Assembly: GCA_965208125.1 (NCBI GenBank)
Contig: OZ242320.1
Span: 1,120,001 to 1,184,000, forward strand
Length of the DNA stretch: 64,000 bases
Reading direction: 5' to 3'
DNA from: Candidatus Latescibacterota bacterium
GTDB taxonomy: Bacteria > Latescibacterota > UBA2968
The notes below the pieces were generated by a model. It saw nothing but the letters and a program-made list of their open reading frames with translations. It was not told the origin of the DNA and searched no databases. Shown piece after piece: positions 28,416-39,950 of this stretch; the stretch's first letter is position 1; each line of letters opens with the position of its first letter. The position numbers and the translations under genes were made by a program.

Positions 28416-28590
28416 TTAAGAACTCCCCCTATCACCTTCTACTATTTCACCAAGCCGACCAATCAGATAAACCGGTATGTGGATCGCGTTTAGCCCTGAA
28501 GATGTCGTGAGTTTCCCCGGCATATCGAGATTGACGAGAACGCCCAGATTGCTCCCATGTCGCGCAGCGTATTCCGCCAGACCACCTCTT
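28416..28590 (-). pseudogene. Start-less coding fragment, possibly the C-terminus of a DUF4143/AAA ATPase
   Basis: Open frame RGGLAEYAARHGSNLGVLVNLDMPGKLTTSSGLNAIHIPVYLIGRLGEIVEGDRGSS*; IPxYLI tail; in-frame stop just upstream. Confidence 0.35.
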
Positions 28591-28592
28591 TC

Positions 28593-28626
28593 ACAAATTT
28601 TTAGCTAAAAATTAGCTAAAAATTGT
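28593..28626. promoter_or_regulatory. AT-rich palindrome, candidate operator
   Basis: Perfect 18-bp palindrome AATTTTTAGCTAAAAATT (28596-28613) with TTAGCTAAAAA duplicated in tandem, between divergent operons. Confidence 0.5.
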
Positions 28627-28722
28627 AAAAATCCGGAACCACAATCGCTTAATCCAGGCCGGTATTCGCCTCGAAAAATTTACCTCTTGCCCACAAAGTG
28701 ATTTTTAAGTACCGTCTGAATA

Positions 28723-30627
28723 ATGAAACGAATCTATTTTCTCATTCCCTTACTCCTCTGTGGTTGTCTCGCACCCGACCCAGGGCACCGTGCAAAAACG
28801 GGTGAAGCAGCACAATCCAACGCGGCGATCCACGAAACGCGCGCACCCAGACAAATCGATCCAGAAATCCTGATCAACCGCACCTTTGGTGAAGCCCCCA
28901 TCCTCGCTGAAAAAGTTAAAAAAGGGGACCTTCCCCCCGTATCTGAACGCCTGCCCGAAAATCCACTCATCGTCGTCCCCATGGACACCATCGGACAATA
29001 CGGTGGCGTCTTGCGACGCGCACTCACAGGCGACATCATCCAAACAGCGGGAACCAACAAAACACTGAGCGAAAACCTCATGGGATTTTCGCGTCCCTTG
29101 CCCGACAGCATCGTACACAACCTCGCGGAAAGTTTTGAATTTCGCGACGAAGGTCGAACCGCAATCTTCAAAATCCGCAAAGGCATCAAATGGTCAGACG
29201 GCGTACCATTTACAGTTGACGACATATTGTTCTGGTACTACGACATGACCTTTGACGACAATGCCCGCCCCCACAACCAGCCCGTGCCTCCCTCTGTGTG
29301 GGTCGTCAATGGCAAACCCATTGACCTCAAAAAAATCGACGACCACACCCTTGAAGTCTCATCGTCCAAACCCCTCGGCCGCGTATTACACGCCCTGTGT
29401 TTAGACGTCATAGCACAGCCCAAACATCATCTATCACACCTGCACCCCCGCTACAATCCCGAAGCGACCTATGAAGAATTTCGAGAACAAGCGACCAATG
29501 CCATGGTCATCATGAAACCCGGCATGCCGCGCTTATCCGCATGGGTCCCCGTCGAATGGATTCGCGGTCAACGCATCGTCTATGCGCGCAATCCCTATTA
29601 CTGGAAAATCGACACAGCCGGCAATCAACTGCCATACGCGGACCGCATCGAATTTACCGTCATCCAGGACCCCCAGGTTATCCTGCTCAAATTTGTCAAC
29701 GGCGAACTCGACCTGTTTGGCCGTTACTCTCGCATCAACATGTTTCCCACACTGCGCACCGAAGAAAAAAAGGGCAAATTCAAATTGCGGATCACCGGTC
29801 CAGACCGCGGTCCCGCCTATTACCTCAATTGGGACACCCCAAAACCCGCCCTGCGAGAAGCCTTTCGCAACCGCGACGTACGCATAGCCCTGTCTTATGC
29901 GATCAACCGCGAAGAAATCAACCAGATCGTCTATCACGGCCTCCTCGATCCCGCGGGCTACTCCTTCGCGCCTTCTAACCCGCACTATTCAGAAGCCGCC
30001 TATCGCAAATACGCCAAATTCGACCTCGACAAAGCCCACGACCTCCTCGACAAAGCCGGATACCGCGACACAGACGGCGATGGTTGGCGCGAACTCAAAG
30101 ACGGATCGCGTTTTGAACTCAACATCGACGTCGTCCCCGGCGTCGGTGTCGATGTTTCCGAACTCGTCTCCGAACACTGGCGCGACATAGGCATCAAAGC
30201 CAACCTGAACATTTCCCTGCGCGACATTGTATGGCCCCGCCGCCTCAATGGCGAATTTGACATTCACCACTGGGGGCTCGAAGGACCCGCCGATCCCCTG
30301 GGCCGCCTCAATGACTGGGCAATCATGGCACCCACCGTCCCCTTCTGGCACCGCAACGCCTCCAAAGAAGGTCCCGCGTGGTTGCACGAAGCCACAACGC
30401 GCATTAAAAAAGTATTGACAACCGTAGATCCCATAGCCGTTCATGAACACATGACACAAGTGCGCGACCTTCACACTGACAACGTACCCGTTATCGTCGT
30501 CGGATCCGCGTACTCTATATGGGGCGCCAGCACGCGACTCGGCAATGTCCCCATGCAGGGCAGCGCCGCCGACGTACATCGCGGTTGGGGCCGCCCCGTA
30601 TTTCACGAACAGATATTTATAAAATAG
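28723..30627 (+). CDS. ABC transporter substrate-binding lipoprotein (family 5)
   Basis: Lipobox LLCGC; LPPVSERLPENP, GQYGG, KWSDGVPFTVDD, RNPYYWKID.AGNQLPY and RIALSYAINR motifs. Confidence 0.95.
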   Translation: MKRIYFLIPLLLCGCLAPDPGHRAKTGEAAQSNAAIHETRAPRQIDPEILINRTFGEAPILAEKVKKGDLPPVSERLPENPLIVVPMDTIGQYGGVLRRALTGDIIQTAGTNKTLSENLMGFSRPLPDSIVHNLAESFEFRDEGRTAIFKIRKGIKWSDGVPFTVDDILFWYYDMTFDDNARPHNQPVPPSVWVVNGKPIDLKKIDDHTLEVSSSKPLGRVLHALCLDVIAQPKHHLSHLHPRYNPEATYEEFREQATNAMVIMKPGMPRLSAWVPVEWIRGQRIVYARNPYYWKIDTAGNQLPYADRIEFTVIQDPQVILLKFVNGELDLFGRYSRINMFPTLRTEEKKGKFKLRITGPDRGPAYYLNWDTPKPALREAFRNRDVRIALSYAINREEINQIVYHGLLDPAGYSFAPSNPHYSEAAYRKYAKFDLDKAHDLLDKAGYRDTDGDGWRELKDGSRFELNIDVVPGVGVDVSELVSEHWRDIGIKANLNISLRDIVWPRRLNGEFDIHHWGLEGPADPLGRLNDWAIMAPTVPFWHRNASKEGPAWLHEATTRIKKVLTTVDPIAVHEHMTQVRDLHTDNVPVIVVGSAYSIWGASTRLGNVPMQGSAADVHRGWGRPVFHEQIFIK

Positions 30628-30631
30628 CGAT

Positions 30632-31630
30632 ATGACCAACTACATCATCCGCCGTCTATTGCACATGATCCCCACGCTGATCCTGATCTCAATGGTCAGC
30701 TTTGTGGTCATTCAAGCACCGCCGGGCGATATGCTCACCTCTCGCCTCGCCGAATTGGCCGAACAGGGCGAACTCGGATCCGAAAGCGCGATGGCGCAAA
30801 TCGACGCCCTGCGCGAACGCTATGGCCTCAACGACCCGATCTATGTGCAATACATCCACTGGATCTGGAAAATCGTCAGCAAAGGCGACTTCGGGCAATC
30901 CTTCACCTACGAAATGGACGTGATGGAACTCCTGGCCGAACGACTGGGACTCACACTTACCCTCACACTCTCCACATTGATCTTCACCTGGATCGTCGCC
31001 ATACCCATTGGCATCTACTCTGCCACCCGACAGTATTCGATAGGCGATTACGGCTTTACCTTTCTCGGATTCATCGGCCTGGCCACGCCGAACTTTTTGC
31101 TGGCTCTGGTCATCATGTTCATTCAGGTCGCCGTCTTCGAAGCCGAATCCGTGGGCGGACTCCTCTCCCCCGAATACATAGGCGCTGCCTGGTCGTGGGC
31201 AAAATTTGTCGATCTCCTCAAACATATCTGGGTACCCATCATCGTCATCGGCACGGGCAGCACAGCGGGCATCATCCGCATTATGCGCGGCAACCTGCTC
31301 GACATACTCGGTCAACAGCACATTCAAACCGGCCGCGCCAAGGGCCTCAAAGAAGGCAAAGTCATCGTCAAATACGGCGTGCGCATCGCCATCAACCCCC
31401 TCGTCAGCCGCCTGGGCCTCGAACTGCCCAACCTGCTCTCTGGCGCCGTTGTCACCGGCATCGTACTCGGCCTGCCAACAGCCGGCCCCATTTTTCTCAC
31501 CGCACTCACATCTCAAGACATGTATCTGGCAGGTGCATTTCTGCTCCTGGCCGCCACTTTCTTGCTCATTGGCAATTTATTAGCCGATATTCTCCTGGCA
31601 TGGCTCGACCCGAGGATCCGCTATGAGTAG
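30632..31630 (+). CDS. ABC transporter permease (DppB/OppB-like)
   Basis: YIIRRLL, PPGD, GDFGQSF, TGRAKGL and LDPRIRY motifs. Confidence 0.95.
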   Translation: MTNYIIRRLLHMIPTLILISMVSFVVIQAPPGDMLTSRLAELAEQGELGSESAMAQIDALRERYGLNDPIYVQYIHWIWKIVSKGDFGQSFTYEMDVMELLAERLGLTLTLTLSTLIFTWIVAIPIGIYSATRQYSIGDYGFTFLGFIGLATPNFLLALVIMFIQVAVFEAESVGGLLSPEYIGAAWSWAKFVDLLKHIWVPIIVIGTGSTAGIIRIMRGNLLDILGQQHIQTGRAKGLKEGKVIVKYGVRIAINPLVSRLGLELPNLLSGAVVTGIVLGLPTAGPIFLTALTSQDMYLAGAFLLLAATFLLIGNLLADILLAWLDPRIRYE

Positions 31631-32765
31631 TTTCGTCGAAACACCTCCCGACGAGCGCGTGGAAGCCCTCGTTGAAGAAAACACAACCACCGCCACCTAT
31701 TCACAGCGCCAGCTCATCTGGCGGCGTTTCAAAAAACACCGCGCCGGCGTCATTGGTGGGTGCGTGGTCATCTTTCTCTACATCTGCGTCTTTCTGGGAG
31801 AATTTCTTGCCCCACACGACCCGGCGCATCGCTACTATAACTACGTACACCTGCCCGCCCAGCGCATCCACATATTCTCCCAAGACGGCATCCACTGGCC
31901 CTTTGTCTATGGCATCAAAAAATCTTTTGACCTGCAAACCGGTATCAAAACCTATACCGAAGACGCCTCTGTGCGCTATCCCGTGTACCCCTTTGCGCGA
32001 GGTGCTGAATACACATTCTACGGCCTCTTTACCACCGACATTCACCTGTTTGGCACCGGCAAAGACAATCCTATGTTCCTCCTTGGCACCGACCGTTTTG
32101 GACGCGACATGCTCTCGCGCATCATCGCAGGGGGCCGCATCTCCCTCACCATTGGCCTCCTCGCCGTATTCATCAGCCTCACCCTCGGCTCTACACTCGG
32201 TGTGATCTCTGGCTATTACGGTGGCAATATCGATAATATCATCCAGCGCATCATCGAACTCATCTTTGCATTTCCATCTATCCCCATTCTCATGGCCCTC
32301 AGCGCAATATTGCCCCCCGAATGGCCCTCGCACCTGGTCTTTATGGGCATTGTCACCGTACTCGCGCTCGTGGGATGGGGCGGACTCGCCCGTGAAATAC
32401 GCGGCAAAACCCTGTCCATACGCGAAGCCGACTTTGTACTGGCCGCCCGCGTGGCCGGCGCCAAAGATCGGCGCATCATTTTTCGGCACCTGCTCCCGTC
32501 CATGTTCAGCCACATCATCGTCATCGCAACCCTCGCCATTCCCGGATTCATCCTCGGCGAAAGCACATTGAGTTTTCTCGGCCTGGGTATCAAACCGCCC
32601 ATGACATCCTGGGGATTGCTCTTATCCGACGCCATGAACATTCACTCGCTCAGTCTCTACCCGTGGCTTCTCATTCCGGGTGTCTGCATCATCATCGCCG
32701 TCCTCGCCTTCAATTTCCTCGGCGATGGTCTGCGCGATGCAGCCGATCCTTATTCGAGCAGGTAA
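31623..32765 (+). CDS. ABC transporter permease (DppC/OppC-like)
   Basis: WRRFKKH, LLGTDRFGRD, ESTLSFLGLG and GDGLRDAADP motifs. Confidence 0.95.
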   Translation: MSSFVETPPDERVEALVEENTTTATYSQRQLIWRRFKKHRAGVIGGCVVIFLYICVFLGEFLAPHDPAHRYYNYVHLPAQRIHIFSQDGIHWPFVYGIKKSFDLQTGIKTYTEDASVRYPVYPFARGAEYTFYGLFTTDIHLFGTGKDNPMFLLGTDRFGRDMLSRIIAGGRISLTIGLLAVFISLTLGSTLGVISGYYGGNIDNIIQRIIELIFAFPSIPILMALSAILPPEWPSHLVFMGIVTVLALVGWGGLAREIRGKTLSIREADFVLAARVAGAKDRRIIFRHLLPSMFSHIIVIATLAIPGFILGESTLSFLGLGIKPPMTSWGLLLSDAMNIHSLSLYPWLLIPGVCIIIAVLAFNFLGDGLRDAADPYSSR

Positions 32766-32785
32766 GCGTCTTGTATATTAAAAAC

Positions 32786-32810
32786 GGGCGACCACAAGGG
32801 TCGCCCCTAC
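32786..32810. repeat. GTAG-family REP-like palindrome (family A)
   Basis: GGGCGACCACAAGGGTCGCCCCTAC inside the ABC operon, followed by TCACACT-type heptamers. Confidence 0.85.
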
Positions 32811-32858
32811 AAATTCACGTCTCACCACCTTTTTCACCCTTCACACTTCACACTTCCT

Positions 32859-33839
32859 ATGCCACTCTTAGACATACGCGACCTCAAAACCTATTTCCAT
32901 ACCGACGATGGCGTCGTGCGTGCGGTCGATGGCGTATCCCTATCCATAGCGCCCGAAAAAACTCTCGGCGTGGTTGGCGAATCCGGCTGTGGAAAAAGCA
33001 TCACCGCCTTTTCAACCATGCGCCTCATTCCGAGTCCCCCGGGCAAAATCGAACACGGGCAGATCCTCTTTCACAAAGATCCCGAAAGCGATCCCATTGA
33101 CCTGACACAACTCAACCCCAAAGGCACGCAGATGCGCGACATCCGCGGAAATGACATCGCCATGATCTTTCAGGAGCCTATGACCTCTCTCAGCCCTGTA
33201 CACACCGTGGGCAATCAAATTGCCGAGGCGATCATGCTGCATCAGAACGCAGACAAAAAAGAAGCCCGTGAACGCGCCATTGATGCCCTCAACAAAGTGC
33301 GCCTGCCTCGTCCCGACCGCCAGGTCGATGCGTATCCCCATGAACTCTCAGGCGGCATGCGCCAGCGCGCCATGATCGCAATGGCCCTCTCGTGCAATCC
33401 CAGCTTACTCATCGCCGATGAACCCACGACAGCCCTCGATGTCACGGTGCAGGCCCAAATCCTGGACCTGATGCGCCATCTCCAATCCGACATCGGCATG
33501 GCGATCATGCTCATCACCCACGACCTCGGCGTCGTCGCCAGCATGGCCGATTATGTCGCAGTGATGTACCTGGGTAAAATCGTCGAATATTCCGACACGC
33601 GCACCGTCTTCAAAAATCCGCGCCATCCCTACACCAGAGGCCTGCTAAACTCCATCCCACAAGTGGGCCAAAAACGCCGCCTGGTACCCATCGAAGGCAC
33701 AATCCCCGATCCTTTTGAAATCCCCCAAGGCTGCGCCTTTGCCCCGCGGTGCCCACATGCAATGGATAAGTGCCGCGAAGAACCTCAACTCCTCGAAATC
33801 GAATCGGGTCATCGCGTCAGTTGCTGGCTGGAAAACTGA
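32859..33839 (+). CDS. ABC transporter ATP-binding protein (DppD/OppD-like)
   Basis: [34 protein letters not shown] and HPYT motifs; C-terminal Cys cluster. Confidence 0.96.
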   Translation: MPLLDIRDLKTYFHTDDGVVRAVDGVSLSIAPEKTLGVVGESGCGKSITAFSTMRLIPSPPGKIEHGQILFHKDPESDPIDLTQLNPKGTQMRDIRGNDIAMIFQEPMTSLSPVHTVGNQIAEAIMLHQNADKKEARERAIDALNKVRLPRPDRQVDAYPHELSGGMRQRAMIAMALSCNPSLLIADEPTTALDVTVQAQILDLMRHLQSDIGMAIMLITHDLGVVASMADYVAVMYLGKIVEYSDTRTVFKNPRHPYTRGLLNSIPQVGQKRRLVPIEGTIPDPFEIPQGCAFAPRCPHAMDKCREEPQLLEIESGHRVSCWLEN

Positions 33840-33865
33840 CCGCTTCGCAAACGGAACCGGACATC

Positions 33866-34870
<1,005 letters not shown>

Positions 34871-35003
34871 GAGAATGCAACCATTCGCTTGCGAGAAATA
34901 TAACCACCTGCCATCCATTCCACAACCCCAGACTACATGAAAGCCGTCATCAAAGCCTTGACCCACTACTTCGGGGCCATCGCCGACCTATGCTGCCCAA
35001 CCT

Positions 35004-38000
35004 TTACCGTAGATCCGGGATACCCCGGCTGAAGAGCACTTCCACTCCCGGTTTCACCGCAACCGCACTTTTCGCAGCCGCCTGAGCCGCTTCCCCTGAA
35101 GGAAGGTCCGACAAAAATCCACGTACCTGACCCGTTCGCTGATCGCGCAGGATAGCCATAGGACGGTCCGTGCTCTCGTCCAGAGTGGCTGACCCACCGA
35201 GTCCTGAAAGCGTGATGCTCACCAAATCGTCGGCCCACCCGGCCTGCACAGGCAGGGCAAACACGAAGCTCGTCTCTTCGCCCTCGGCGTCTCCGATTTC
35301 GGGCATATCGAAGGAGTATGAGAACAGGGGAACGCCGTCCGAGTCCGCGCCCACAATGGCGTATTCGGTGCCCGCGGGAGGAAGAGCGGGTACGGCATCA
35401 ACCACGAAGGCTGGATCCAGGGATGGGACGCCGTCCTTGTCTCGTCCGCCCCACAACAGGAGGGTGCGAGTCGGCCCCGCCGCTAGTTCGGCACCAGCCT
35501 GAGCGAGCCGGTGATTGAGTGCCTTGTTGAAGAAGTAGTCGCTGACCCAGTAGGCGTCACGCTTGCAATAGGACATTAAGTCGAACGCAGACCGCGTGAC
35601 CAATTCGTTCTGTTCGAAGTCGTACCCCCAGGCTCCAATCCTCCCGCCTGGATCCGGGAACCAGGGATCGGGGGTTCGCGCGCCACCGCACGGGGCGTGG
35701 CTCAACCGGAGGTTGTGCCCCAGTTCATGAGCCATTACACCGGAACGAGGCACCGAGACGCTTACATGCCCCCCAATATCGCCGAGTCCGATTGTCGTAC
35801 CGAGACTCCTGCCGCCCGGTTTAGCGAACAATCCCATCCAGTATCCCGAACCGCCCTCCATGAGGCGGGTCGCCCTTACTTGGGCCCGCACCACTACGGC
35901 AGACCGTGACGATGTCATCAGAGATGTGTGCGCCGTGACGGCGAATTCCACCACGGGCAATAGCGTACGGGTGTCGCGGAGCAACTCGTGGCCATCCGGA
36001 TCCGCCGCCATCGCCGCCACGGACTCCACAAGCGACAAGTCCGGCTCGCTGTCCCAGAGAACTGGGATCAGCGTGAGGCGAAAGGGGGGCACGGGTCGCA
36101 CATCGATGGCCATGCGCCCCGATTCGGGAATCCGCTTCGTGACGCCGAGAGCCGCGTCGAGCGTGCCCTCCGGGTCAACCTCAATCACCATCTCGAGGCC
36201 CGGCACGATGACCCAGTCCGGAATCTCCTCATTGACCGACAGCGCAAGGTCGCCCTCCGTGATCTCCGTGGGAATACTCTGCGCGCTCGCCGGGATGTGG
36301 ACGACGTGCTGTTCGGCGCCGTCCACGTAGAAGGTGGCGCGGACGGAGGGCATTGTGGCGGCGTCCGCCTGCGCCGCTGTCACAAACACGCGAAGCAGCG
36401 CCGACTCTCCAGCCAGCAGCGGCACGGGATCATCCCACGACTGTACGGTCTGGGTCAGGTATACAGTCGCCCCGCCGGCGCAGCGCACCAGGCGGCGGTC
36501 GGGAATGGCGCGAAACCAGGCATCGAAGCTGGCGTCCGCTGGGCGGCACAGCCCGGTGCCTCCCGCCATCAAGCGTTCGAGCCGTCCGAGCCCCGCGATG
36601 CCGGAGGGCAACGGCCCTGCAAGGTCGGGATTGTCCGCCAGTATCAATGACTTTAGCGCCGTGAGGTTGCCGAATTCCGGTGGAAGAGGACCCGCCAGCG
36701 CGTTGGACCCCAGGTCGAGATTCCCCAAGGTCGTCGTGTGCCCCAACTCGCCGGGCAAGGGTCCCGTGAACCCGTTGTCGCCCAAGTCCAGCGTGCGCAG
36801 GGGTAGCCTCCCCAGCTCGGGCGGGACGGATCCCGAAAGATCGTTGCCCGATAGCATAAGCGTCGTAAGGTTCGCCAGGCGACCAAGTTCTGAAGGGATC
36901 GGTCCCGCCAACTTATTGTCGGAGAGGGAGAGGAACCAGAGCGCCCGGAGCCTGCCGAGTCCTTCGGGAATCCGGCCCGTCAGCTGATTGGCGTCGAGAT
37001 TGAGCCACGTAAGGTTCGCCATCCGACCGATCCATTCCGGAATCTCGCCACTGAGATGATTCCATTGCAGCCCGAGATGCGTCAAACGGCCCAGGTCGCC
37101 GACCTCGCGCGGGATGGAGCCAAAGAGGTTGTTCGAGCCCAGTTCCAGCACCCGCAACTCGGACAAACGGCCGATCTCCCTGGGGATCGCATCCGAAAGC
37201 CGGTTTCTCTGCAAGTGCAGATGGGTCAGCGCTGACAGCTCACCGATTTCCGCCGGAATCGACCCCGTGAGCGCGTTGTAGTGGAGGTCCAGCACGCGCA
37301 GCTTGGAAAGTTCGCCGATCTCTCCGGGAATTGACCCCTCCAGCCGGTTGCCGCCCAGGCCCAGATGGGTCAGTGCTGACAGCTCACCGATCTCTCCGGG
37401 AATTGACCCCTCCAGCCGGTTGCCGCCCAGGTCCAGATGGGTCAGTGCTGACAGTTCACCGATTTCCGCCGGAATCAACCCGCCCAAGCCATTCCTGGGA
37501 AGCCGAAGCGCGACGACTCGACCCCCGGCATCGGTCTCGACACCATGCCACTGCGCCAACGGGGCATCGGTCAGCCAACCCGCGCTTTCGTTCCAGTTCT
37601 GACCGACCATGTTCCTATACAGCGATTCGAGAATCTCACGTTCCGAGAGAGGAGGACATAGCACCTCCGTACCTTTGCGGCGCGCGATGCCGTTCAGCCA
37701 TGTTCGGAAGTCGGCGTCGTCCGCCAGGCACAGTGACGTGCCCGCGTAGTCGAACTCCTCCAGAGGCAGAGCCGCGAGGGACAGAGGCAGCCGTCCGGTC
37801 AGCGCGTTGTCCCCGATCCGCAGTTCCGTCATGCTGGCGAGCAGCCTCAGAGCCTCCGGCAAGTGCCCCGACAGTCCGTTGCCGCTCAGATCAACACTCG
37901 AGACGCGCCCGATCGCATCGGTCCGAATCCCGTGCCACCGGCTCAGATCCTCGTCCTCGAGCCACCCGTCGGAGCGTGTCCAGCTGGAGCCGTTCGCGAC

Positions 38001-39632
38001 CTCGTACAGGGCTTCCAGCGCCCGCTTGTCGATGGCGTCGCAGAACGGAATAACCAAGGGAGCGTTTCCGCGTGCATCCATCTCGCGCACCCATGCCCTG
38101 AACTCGTCCGTAGCCGGCGCGCATACCCCCGGACCGGTTCTGCAGTCCATAAACTCCAACTTCCTGAGGGCAATAAAGCTCCGGGGAAGGGAACCTGTGA
38201 GCGGATTGTCAGCAAAGTCGAACCACGTCAGGTTGACGAGGTTGCCGAGTTCGGGCGGAATCGGACCGCTCAAGCGGTTGCCGCCAAGGGTCAGCCATTC
38301 CAACCCGGTAAGGTCGCCCAGTTCAGGGGGGATCGGACCTGTCAGTTGATTGTTCCCGAGGTGCAACCTCCGGAGGTTGGTGAGATCAGCCAGTCTCGGC
38401 GGGATCGGCCCGTCCAACTGGTTGTGCTGTAGGTGTATGGCGGTCAGGTCTCCAAGGTTGGCGAGTCCGGGTGGGATCGGACCCGTCAGGAAGTTCCAAT
38501 CCAGGCGCAACCTCTGCAACTTGGCAAGATCGCCCAGTTCAGGGGGGATCGGACCGGTGAGTTCGTTTTCCTGCAGCATCAGCCATTCCAACCCGGTAAG
38601 GTCGCCCAGTTCAGGGGGGATCGGACCCGTCAGTTGATTGTAACCCAGGTTCAACCCCCGCAACCCGGCAAGGTCGCCCAGTTCCGAAGGGATCAGACCC
38701 GTCAGTTGATTGTAACCCAGGTTCAACCCCCGCAACCCGGCAAGGTCGCCCAGTTCCGAAGGGATCAGACCCGTCAATTGGTTTAAGCGCAGGAACAGAT
38801 ATCTCAGATTTGTCAGTTTGCCCAGTTCAGGTGGGATCGGACCCGTTATCTCACTGTGCTGGAAGAGTCTGCTGAACCCAATCGCCAAGTGGGAAAGCTT
38901 TAAGAGATTGCCCAGTTCAGGGGGAATCGAGCCCGAAAGGGGATTATCCGTTAGGTCCAAGCGCATCAACTCTGTAAGGTTGCCCAGTTCAGGTGGGATC
39001 GGACCCGTAAGCAGGTTGTAGCTCAGGTTTAACCCCCGCAACTCGGCAAGGTCGCCCAGTTTCGGAGGGATCAGACCCGTGAGTTCGTTTTCCACCAGCC
39101 GAAGCTGTTGCAGGTTGGCAAGGTTGCCCAGTTCAGGCGGGATCACGCCACTCAGAGCGTTGCGGTAGAGCGCCAAGCTGGTCACGCGCCCCGACTCGTC
39201 TGTGGCCACGCCATACCAGTCCTCCAGTGGTGCCTCTGTCAGCCAGTTCTCGTTATTGACCCAGTTCTGCCCATCCGTCGCATTGTACAACGCTACGAGC
39301 ACCTTCCGGTCCCCGCTGACCGAACCGTCAGGAGGGTCCTGGCAGGTGGTCCCGAATACCCCGGCAAAGACCAAGAAATCCGATATATCGATGGCACCGC
39401 TACCGTCCATATCCATAACCGCGTTGTATTTGGCCTCCCCAGACCGCGAGCCGAACGCCTCCATAAAAGCCAGAAAGTCAGCAATATTCACAAGCCAGTT
39501 GCCATCGAAATCACCGGGACACGACGACAACGGAACGACGCTGGCGTTGGGACTGGTAAACACCTGACCCGCTAACGCCAGCAACCCAAGCACGACAATA
39601 AACCGAAACCCTTTAATCAAATAACCCCACAT
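35004..39632 (-). CDS. Secreted 1542-aa protein: dockerin/EF-hand-like module, three plant-type LRR blocks and a C-terminal M66-like zinc metallopeptidase
   Basis: DFDGNWLVNIADF..DMDGSGAIDISDF; three caps (LVALYNATDG..W..W...WYGV type); 24-aa LxGxIPxELGxL repeats; HELGHNLRLSHAPCG and DLMSYC Met-turn; GGAGG RBS. Confidence 0.92.
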   Translation of the reverse strand: MWGYLIKGFRFIVVLGLLALAGQVFTSPNASVVPLSSCPGDFDGNWLVNIADFLAFMEAFGSRSGEAKYNAVMDMDGSGAIDISDFLVFAGVFGTTCQDPPDGSVSGDRKVLVALYNATDGQNWVNNENWLTEAPLEDWYGVATDESGRVTSLALYRNALSGVIPPELGNLANLQQLRLVENELTGLIPPKLGDLAELRGLNLSYNLLTGPIPPELGNLTELMRLDLTDNPLSGSIPPELGNLLKLSHLAIGFSRLFQHSEITGPIPPELGKLTNLRYLFLRLNQLTGLIPSELGDLAGLRGLNLGYNQLTGLIPSELGDLAGLRGLNLGYNQLTGPIPPELGDLTGLEWLMLQENELTGPIPPELGDLAKLQRLRLDWNFLTGPIPPGLANLGDLTAIHLQHNQLDGPIPPRLADLTNLRRLHLGNNQLTGPIPPELGDLTGLEWLTLGGNRLSGPIPPELGNLVNLTWFDFADNPLTGSLPRSFIALRKLEFMDCRTGPGVCAPATDEFRAWVREMDARGNAPLVIPFCDAIDKRALEALYEVANGSSWTRSDGWLEDEDLSRWHGIRTDAIGRVSSVDLSGNGLSGHLPEALRLLASMTELRIGDNALTGRLPLSLAALPLEEFDYAGTSLCLADDADFRTWLNGIARRKGTEVLCPPLSEREILESLYRNMVGQNWNESAGWLTDAPLAQWHGVETDAGGRVVALRLPRNGLGGLIPAEIGELSALTHLDLGGNRLEGSIPGEIGELSALTHLGLGGNRLEGSIPGEIGELSKLRVLDLHYNALTGSIPAEIGELSALTHLHLQRNRLSDAIPREIGRLSELRVLELGSNNLFGSIPREVGDLGRLTHLGLQWNHLSGEIPEWIGRMANLTWLNLDANQLTGRIPEGLGRLRALWFLSLSDNKLAGPIPSELGRLANLTTLMLSGNDLSGSVPPELGRLPLRTLDLGDNGFTGPLPGELGHTTTLGNLDLGSNALAGPLPPEFGNLTALKSLILADNPDLAGPLPSGIAGLGRLERLMAGGTGLCRPADASFDAWFRAIPDRRLVRCAGGATVYLTQTVQSWDDPVPLLAGESALLRVFVTAAQADAATMPSVRATFYVDGAEQHVVHIPASAQSIPTEITEGDLALSVNEEIPDWVIVPGLEMVIEVDPEGTLDAALGVTKRIPESGRMAIDVRPVPPFRLTLIPVLWDSEPDLSLVESVAAMAADPDGHELLRDTRTLLPVVEFAVTAHTSLMTSSRSAVVVRAQVRATRLMEGGSGYWMGLFAKPGGRSLGTTIGLGDIGGHVSVSVPRSGVMAHELGHNLRLSHAPCGGARTPDPWFPDPGGRIGAWGYDFEQNELVTRSAFDLMSYCKRDAYWVSDYFFNKALNHRLAQAGAELAAGPTRTLLLWGGRDKDGVPSLDPAFVVDAVPALPPAGTEYAIVGADSDGVPLFSYSFDMPEIGDAEGEETSFVFALPVQAGWADDLVSITLSGLGGSATLDESTDRPMAILRDQRTGQVRGFLSDLPSGEAAQAAAKSAVAVKPGVEVLFSRGIPDLR
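38624..38776. repeat. Perfect 72-bp tandem duplication within the LRR gene
   Basis: 38624-38695 equals 38696-38767 (LTGLIPSELGDLAGLRGLNLGYNQ twice). Confidence 0.9.
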
Positions 39633-39950
39633 GGCCGTTTCCCTCCATAAAGGTGTAACGTGTTAGATGATGTGGATAAATGGACATCCTGCAATTTAGA
39701 AAACGTTTGTTTTCAGATCAAGGGTTTAAAAACCGTGCCAGTTTTAACCAAACGAGCTAACTCTTTGAAGATGTAGGAATCAGAGCAGATAAGAGATGAT
39801 TCTCCCCGGGTATACTGCCCCTAATAACATCAATAAAGATAATTGCATAATTTTGCAGTACAAAAAAATATCAACCGCTGTTACGCAGTACTTCAGATAA
39901 GGGATTACAGCCCTCCCTTGACTTGATACTATTATTTAGTAAATTCAAAA

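Noticed and set aside
39725-39740. Sigma-54 promoter upstream of the LRR-peptidase gene (TGGCACG on the minus strand)
   Set aside because: The -12 position reads TTAAA rather than TTGC
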